Positions 58,703-64,000 of a DNA stretch of 64,000 nt are shown piece after piece. Made by a program: the position numbers and the translations under genes. The number at the start of each line of letters is the position of its first letter. The first letter of the stretch is position 1. This DNA comes from an uncultured delta proteobacterium. GTDB taxonomy: Bacteria > Desulfobacterota > BSN033 > UBA1163. The DNA is taken from positions 480,001 to 544,000 of the forward strand of contig CAWHBU010000003.1 of NCBI GenBank assembly GCA_963827685.1. Reading direction: 5' to 3'. Below the pieces are notes generated by a model. The model made no database searches and was not told the origin of the DNA. It was given only the letters and a program-made list of their open reading frames with translations.

Positions 58703-59772
58703 ATTTTTCCACTTACCTTATGATCTAATGCCTTCTGTCTGAGCAAATGATCGACAAGAACAATACCCACCATCGCTTCACAGACAAGGTTGATCCTTGG
58801 AATGGCTGAGACATCGTGTCTGCCTTTGATTCGCAGTGAGACAGGTCGCATCGCTTGATCAACCGTCCTCTGCTCCAAACTGATCGAGGGAATAGGTTTC
58901 ACAGCCACACGTAGAACAATATCCGCTCCATTCGATATTCCCCCCAGAATCCCTCCAGCGTCGTTTTTCTCGAATCCCTCTGGCCCTAAGGGGTCATTGG
59001 ATTGTGATCCAAACATCCGGGCCACCCCAAACCCGGCCCCAATCTCCACGCCTCGCACTGCGCCGATGCTCATCAATGCCTTAGCGAGATCAGCCTCTAA
59101 TTTATCGAATACCGGCTCTCCCAATCCTGGAGGACAACCTCGCACAAGGATCTCCACAATACCTCCTAATGTATCCCCTCGTGCTTTCGTCTCCTCGATC
59201 TTCCTTTCCATCGCCGCAGCGGCTTTCCGATCCGGACAACGCAAAACATTTCTTTCGATTTCCTCATCATCTATCTTTTCCGCTCGAATCCCTCCGAGCT
59301 CTAATGTGTAAGCAAGGATCTCAACCTTTTCTTTTCCCAGAATCTTTTTGGCCACTGCCCCTGCTGCCACCCTCCCAACGGTCTCTCTCGCTGAAGCCCT
59401 CCCTCCACCTCGGTGATCTCGGATTCCGTACTTAGCCTGATAGGTAAAATCAGCGTGACCGGGTCGGAAGACCTCCTTCCATTCTTCATATGAACTGGAA
59501 TCAACGTCTTCATTTCTGATCACAAGGGAGATGGGTGTTCCTGTCGTCCTTCCTTCAAAGATGCCCGAGAGAATCTCCACCTTGTCTCCTTCTTTTCTCG
59601 GACTTGATCCCTTCCCCTGACCTGGCCTTCTTTCGTTGAGCTCCTTCTGAATGTCTCCACTTGAAAGGTCTATCCTGGGTGGGCAGCCATCAATCACCAC
59701 TCCCAGGGCTTTCCCATGGGATTCTCCCCACGTGGTAATCTTAAAAAGCGTTCCGAATGAATTCCCTGCCAT
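58699..59772 (-). CDS. aroC: Chorismate synthase
   Basis: [37 protein letters not shown]. Confidence 0.97.
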   Translation of the reverse strand: MAGNSFGTLFKITTWGESHGKALGVVIDGCPPRIDLSSGDIQKELNERRPGQGKGSSPRKEGDKVEILSGIFEGRTTGTPISLVIRNEDVDSSSYEEWKEVFRPGHADFTYQAKYGIRDHRGGGRASARETVGRVAAGAVAKKILGKEKVEILAYTLELGGIRAEKIDDEEIERNVLRCPDRKAAAAMERKIEETKARGDTLGGIVEILVRGCPPGLGEPVFDKLEADLAKALMSIGAVRGVEIGAGFGVARMFGSQSNDPLGPEGFEKNDAGGILGGISNGADIVLRVAVKPIPSISLEQRTVDQAMRPVSLRIKGRHDVSAIPRINLVCEAMVGIVLVDHLLRQKALDHKVSGKI

Positions 59773-59897
59773 ATTGACCTCACAAATTTATAAAAACATA
59801 AATCTCTTAGAATCTTGCAGACTACGGTGCAGTCAGAATCAGGCGGGTGCCCCCAAGGCCACTGACCGGTCAAACGTGATGCAGAGCCCCTCCTCAT

Positions 59898-61058
59898 TTA
59901 CAAACTCTCCAGAAGATTCTTCCAAGCTTGACGGTGGGACGGCTGAGTGTTCCAAAAATCCAGATGCTCACCAACTTTTTGAAGGAACGTTGTACGGATG
60001 TGTTCTCCTCCGAGCGCTAGAACACTTCTGGCAAGATCGAAAAAGTCGAAGACATAGAGGTTCTGACCACTAGCAAATGCACGCGTGATACGCTCGTCGA
60101 CGGCGGACTGCTCAGCCTTTTTTACTGTCGGAGCCGTAAAGAAAATATCCTTAATCTTACGTTTCCTGCATTTCCGAAGTGTTCCCTCAACGTCGGTCAG
60201 CGTCAGCGTACGTTCTTTTACCTCGATCGCCAAAACGACTTCACCTTGAGCATTTACACATTCCAAATCGGCGGTCTGACCGATGGCCTCATCGCTAGCA
60301 TTAATTCGTGCGCGATCAACCTTCGCATAAAGACCAAAGTGAATTCCTACTGCGTCAAAGAGTGCACCACAGAGAGCTAGACCTCGATCTCCTCCAGATT
60401 TCTGTTCCAAAAACCGGTGAGCAAGGGAGAGAGCATTTTCCAGGCTGATTCTCGGCGGCAGTGGGTAAGTAAACCGAAGAGATTTCTGCCGCCGAAATAT
60501 TTCTAGCAATACCTGTCGAAAAACCGCCTCGGTGAAGTCCGGGTTACCCTGCGACTCTACCTGTTCCAAAACGTCCACAAGAGTGTTCCAGCCTGCTACA
60601 TCCTTCTTGCTTTGGTCATCACGCACCATACGAGGAATTCGCATGGGGTTGCCTACGTAAGGGTCGTTTGACGTGCCCAGAACGTTTTCCTCCTTTTGAT
60701 TGAAAGGCGCGACAGCTTTACTTCCCAGGCTCCGTGCATCCCATCCAGTGACGTCGTTTGGATCTCCCCTTTTCTTCTGTAAACGCAGGCAATCAAGCTT
60801 TGCGTTGGTTAGCTTCCCCAGAAGCTGGATCGGGAGGCAAAAACGATAGGCTACTTGTTTGTGGTTGACTGAATCATGAATTGCCTGGCGCAGAGAGACA
60901 TCAGCAATATATTCAATATCGGGCTTTCCGCTGGCTTCAGCCACGACGGCTTGCCAGTGCGTCTCAAGCAAGTCCCCGGCCTGCCTTAAGTCAAGGGTTT
61001 CTCTATCGCCGTCTTTTCTTGTCATGTTTGCGCGTATAGTAGCGAGCAGGTCGCTCAA
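59898..61058 (-). CDS. Restriction endonuclease, SacI-like family
   Basis: DARSL, S.DPYV.NP.R, INASD...AD.E...AIEVK; overlaps a methyltransferase. Confidence 0.75.
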   Translation of the reverse strand: MSDLLATIRANMTRKDGDRETLDLRQAGDLLETHWQAVVAEASGKPDIEYIADVSLRQAIHDSVNHKQVAYRFCLPIQLLGKLTNAKLDCLRLQKKRGDPNDVTGWDARSLGSKAVAPFNQKEENVLGTSNDPYVGNPMRIPRMVRDDQSKKDVAGWNTLVDVLEQVESQGNPDFTEAVFRQVLLEIFRRQKSLRFTYPLPPRISLENALSLAHRFLEQKSGGDRGLALCGALFDAVGIHFGLYAKVDRARINASDEAIGQTADLECVNAQGEVVLAIEVKERTLTLTDVEGTLRKCRKRKIKDIFFTAPTVKKAEQSAVDERITRAFASGQNLYVFDFFDLARSVLALGGEHIRTTFLQKVGEHLDFWNTQPSHRQAWKNLLESL

Positions 61059-62037
61059 AAAGATAGAGGTTCATGTCAGGCGGAACATAGCTGGCCGTCT
61101 GCGAGTAAGATTCCGGATCGTAATTTGCCCATAATGATTCTGTGCGCTCGCCCTTCGAAGAATTACAGAGGCGAGTATTGGCATCTACCCTAATCCAGTC
61201 ACGATAGAGGCGATCCATCAAAGAGCAGCGATAGCCTGATACCGCCACAGCACCATGCACGGATCGAAGGATCTCAGCAAGCTCCTCATGTTCACGATCC
61301 GTCATTTCGTAGCCGTAGGCTTTGCTATCGCCACGTGCTTCGTGAGGGTAAGGTGGATCGCAATAGAAGAGCGTTTTCGGAGAATCATAGCGAAGGATTA
61401 CCTCCGTCGCGGGGGCGTTTTCGATCTGAACGCGCTGTAGGCGCTGGACAATCTGGGGTAAGCCTTCTACGCTGCCTAACCAACGTGAGACAGCTCCGGC
61501 CATGCCAGCACGGGAGGTCAAGACACAATGAGCCCAACGGCCCTCTGAACTCGTCTGCGCCAATCCGGTTCGTGTCTGGCGTGCCCGAACGAAAAAGCGG
61601 CGGGCACGCTCGATCGTCGAAAGATTTGGCTCAGGACGGCAAGCTTTCACCAGCTCTTCGCGTGAGAAGGGAGTCAAGCTGATGAGTCGGATAAGCTCAT
61701 CGCCATGATCACGTAAACGCTGGAAGAAATTCACGACTTCAGAATCCAAGTCGTTATAAGTTTCAACAGGTGCCGGTGGCCGGTTAATCAGGACGGCCGC
61801 GGAGCCGCCAAAAGGTTCGCAGAAATGAGTAAATGTGGTCGGAAGCAACGGCAGAAGGAAATCCAGGTGGGAGAACTTCCCGCCGTAATAACCAAAAGCA
61901 ATCATTTTACTACGGCGCTCGCTCGCACGCGCGATTAGCCGACGATTGTTGAACCCTGGCCCCGCTTCCGAGCGTTTGTTTCCCTTGTAATTGTCTTGCG
62001 CAGAGCTATGGGATCGTGGCTTAACAGGATTGTTCAT
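61003..62037 (-). CDS. Dam-like (D12 class) N6-adenine DNA methyltransferase
   Basis: YYGGK, EPFGGS, NDLD, DPPY; start may be the internal MIAFG. Confidence 0.9.
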   Translation of the reverse strand: MNNPVKPRSHSSAQDNYKGNKRSEAGPGFNNRRLIARASERRSKMIAFGYYGGKFSHLDFLLPLLPTTFTHFCEPFGGSAAVLINRPPAPVETYNDLDSEVVNFFQRLRDHGDELIRLISLTPFSREELVKACRPEPNLSTIERARRFFVRARQTRTGLAQTSSEGRWAHCVLTSRAGMAGAVSRWLGSVEGLPQIVQRLQRVQIENAPATEVILRYDSPKTLFYCDPPYPHEARGDSKAYGYEMTDREHEELAEILRSVHGAVAVSGYRCSLMDRLYRDWIRVDANTRLCNSSKGERTESLWANYDPESYSQTASYVPPDMNLYLFERPARYYTRKHDKKRRR

Positions 62038-62416
62038 CTCCTTGATAGCACCTCTTTGCTCTGTTTAGAGATCTCTTTTCGTTTAGAATATACACTATTT
62101 TTAGATTTTTTGGAAATGCGAAAAAGTTGTTCCATATTTGACATTGACTGTGAAGTAAATCAGTAACCACTACAATAAAAGACTGAGGTAAAGATTGAAG
62201 CAAATCTAAAATCAGTTAAAGATATTTGAAATTTTCTAACTCGCCAACCAGAACTTTCCCTTAAAATAAACCACAAAAAACCAAAACTTGATCTTAATAA
62301 AATTGTCGAATTGACTTCTGACGGTGATTTAACATAAAAAAATTAGGATCTATATATAATGCATATAAAATATCTTCTTATTTCAATTCTGCCAAGTAAA
62401 TACAAACTGTGAAATC

Positions 62417-63862
62417 GAGGGTGTGCTAAATTTAGTTGAAATTTGAGAAGTGGCTCCTAAAATGGTGGTAATCTCTTACTTTGGGAAGAAAAAGAAAAAC
62501 CACCAAGAAAGGAGCCAGTGATGGAGAAGATATTACGGATTGGTAGAGGTGTCAAGGTTAGGCGGGCGCGGGTGAAAGAGATTTGTGATAGGGGATTGAA
62601 GCAGATGGATGTGGATATGAAGATAGAGTTAATCCAGGCATTGATCCCCGTAGGGTTGTGGCATGTGAAGGAGGTTTTGGAGGAAGAAGTCAGAAGTTTA
62701 GCTGGGGAAAGATATAAGCGCCGGGGGGTTCCTGGGTATGATCGTTGGGGGAGCCAAGGGGGGTCAGTTTATCTATCGGATCAGAAGCTTCCGATCTTGG
62801 TGCCAAGGGTGAGAGATAGGCGTGGGGGGAAAGAGGTACGGTTAAAGAGTTATGAGCGGTTACAGGAGCCTCGTGGGGCAGATGAAGGGGTATTGAGACG
62901 AGTTCTCCATGGATTAAGTTGTCGGAACTATGAGGAGTGTGCGGAAGCGGTGCCGGAGGCTTTTGGTTTGAGTGGTTCGACGATTTCGAGGCGATACATT
63001 CGAGTCAGCGCAAAAGCGCTCAAGGAGCTTTGCGAGCGTCGATTGGAGGGGTATGATTTTGTAGCATTGATTCTGGATGGGAAGAGTTTTGGTGCAGATG
63101 AGATGATTTTGGTATTGGGGATTACCGTCAAAGGGGAGAAGATTCTTTTAGGATTTATTCAGGCGGGGACGGAGAATGAGCGGGTTGGCCGGGAAATGCT
63201 CCAGGGGTTGCTGGAGCGTGGGCTAGAGATGGAAGAAGGGTTTTTATGTGTGATTGATGGATCGAAAGGGTTGAGGAAAGCGGTGTATGAAGTTTTTGGG
63301 AATAAAGCCTTGGTGCAGCGATGCCAGTGGCACAAGCGGGAGAATGTGGTGAGTTATCTTCCGAAGGCGATGCAGGCTTCGATGAGGCGGAAGCTTCAAG
63401 AGGCCTATGAGGAGCCCATCTATGAAAGGGCGAAGGAGAGACTGTTAAAGATTCGTAAGGAACTGCAGCTGCTCAACCGATCGGCGGTCAATAGTTTAGA
63501 CGAAGGATGTGAAGAGACCTTGACGCTGCATCGTTTGGGACTCCTTAGAGAATGTGGGATCAGCTTTAAAACCACGAACTGTATCGAATCCTTGATGGCG
63601 CTCATTGGTCAGAAGACCGACAAGGTCGATTATTGGAAGAATAGTGATCAGAAGCATCGGTGGTTAGCCGCAGCCCTTTTAGATATTGAGCCGAGACTTA
63701 GAAAGGTCAAGGGTTACAGATATCTTCCACAGTTAAGAATTTCTATCCAGAGGGAGATTGCGAGACAGGGAGGAAAACAAGAAATGCCGAAGGTGGCGGA
63801 GGCGGCCTGATGAACTCAACAAGGAGCCATTATCGAATTTCAACTAAAAAAGGTATTGACTC
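62417..63862 (+). mobile_element. IS256-family element (transposase 62518-63810)
   Basis: LDG, IDGSKGL, QRCQWHK, TTNCIES; ~40-bp imperfect TIRs; 8-bp TSD GTGAAATC at 62409-62416 and 63863-63870. Confidence 0.95.
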
Positions 63863-64000
63863 GTGAAATCAACGTTGTCGATGGTTTTGCAACCCAAGAG
63901 CTTTAGTTGAGTTTCTCGAAAGTCCTCGTTGAACTCTTTTTCATAAGTTTCTTTACTTTTTTCATAATCATTATCCGTAAAGATCAACTCATAGCAGTAA

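Noticed and set aside
62040-64000. A gene interrupted by IS256
   Set aside because: The rejoined minus-strand frame stops about 10 codons after the junction and shows no recognisable motif; it cannot be supported within the window.
1-64000. tRNA or rRNA genes
   Set aside because: No cloverleaf with T-loop/CCA or rRNA signature was recognised by eye; a tRNAscan run would be needed to exclude fragments.

Overview
64 kb of an accessory-rich chromosome region, probably from a Desulfobacterota/'Deltaproteobacteria'-like bacterium (inferred from the IHF-beta type, sigma54 promoters and MITE types; taxonomy not proven). Core-like genes are limited to lemA-TPM-TPM, a cold-shock gene and the right-hand block (enoyl-CoA hydratase, B12 radical SAM, chorismate mutase, phytoene-desaturase-like oxidoreductase, aroC). 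The main unexplained structure spans 18.4-45.0 kb: 13 co-oriented copies of a 40-120 bp imperfect hairpin repeat (core GTCTATTTTCTTAGCGTTCACCTTTTCCACCAAATTCCGCTAACATTGAAGACCTGATCC). They separate 0.8-7 kb cargo modules whose genes lie almost all on the minus strand: a PIN/AbrB TA pair, SIR2-HerA-KTSC, an RloC-like ATPase, a TM0106 nuclease, duplicated protealysin-emfourin, SnoaL, CPBP, an Fe-S protein and others. This resembles an integron cassette array, but the repeat is not an attC and there is no integrase in the window. A remnant of a REP-associated (Y1 HUH) transposase and many TGACCCC/CGTCCCC-type ends, some sitting exactly at gene truncation points, suggest an HUH-driven gene-capture array (inference). 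Other highlights: a duplicated structured RNA with terminator/antiterminator around the csp gene, two tiny paralogous ORFs behind a sigma54 promoter, a decayed attC, two IS630, one IS256 with TSD, an internally deleted IS4, MITEs, and a SacI-family/Dam-like R-M pair. All calls were made by eye without database searches.
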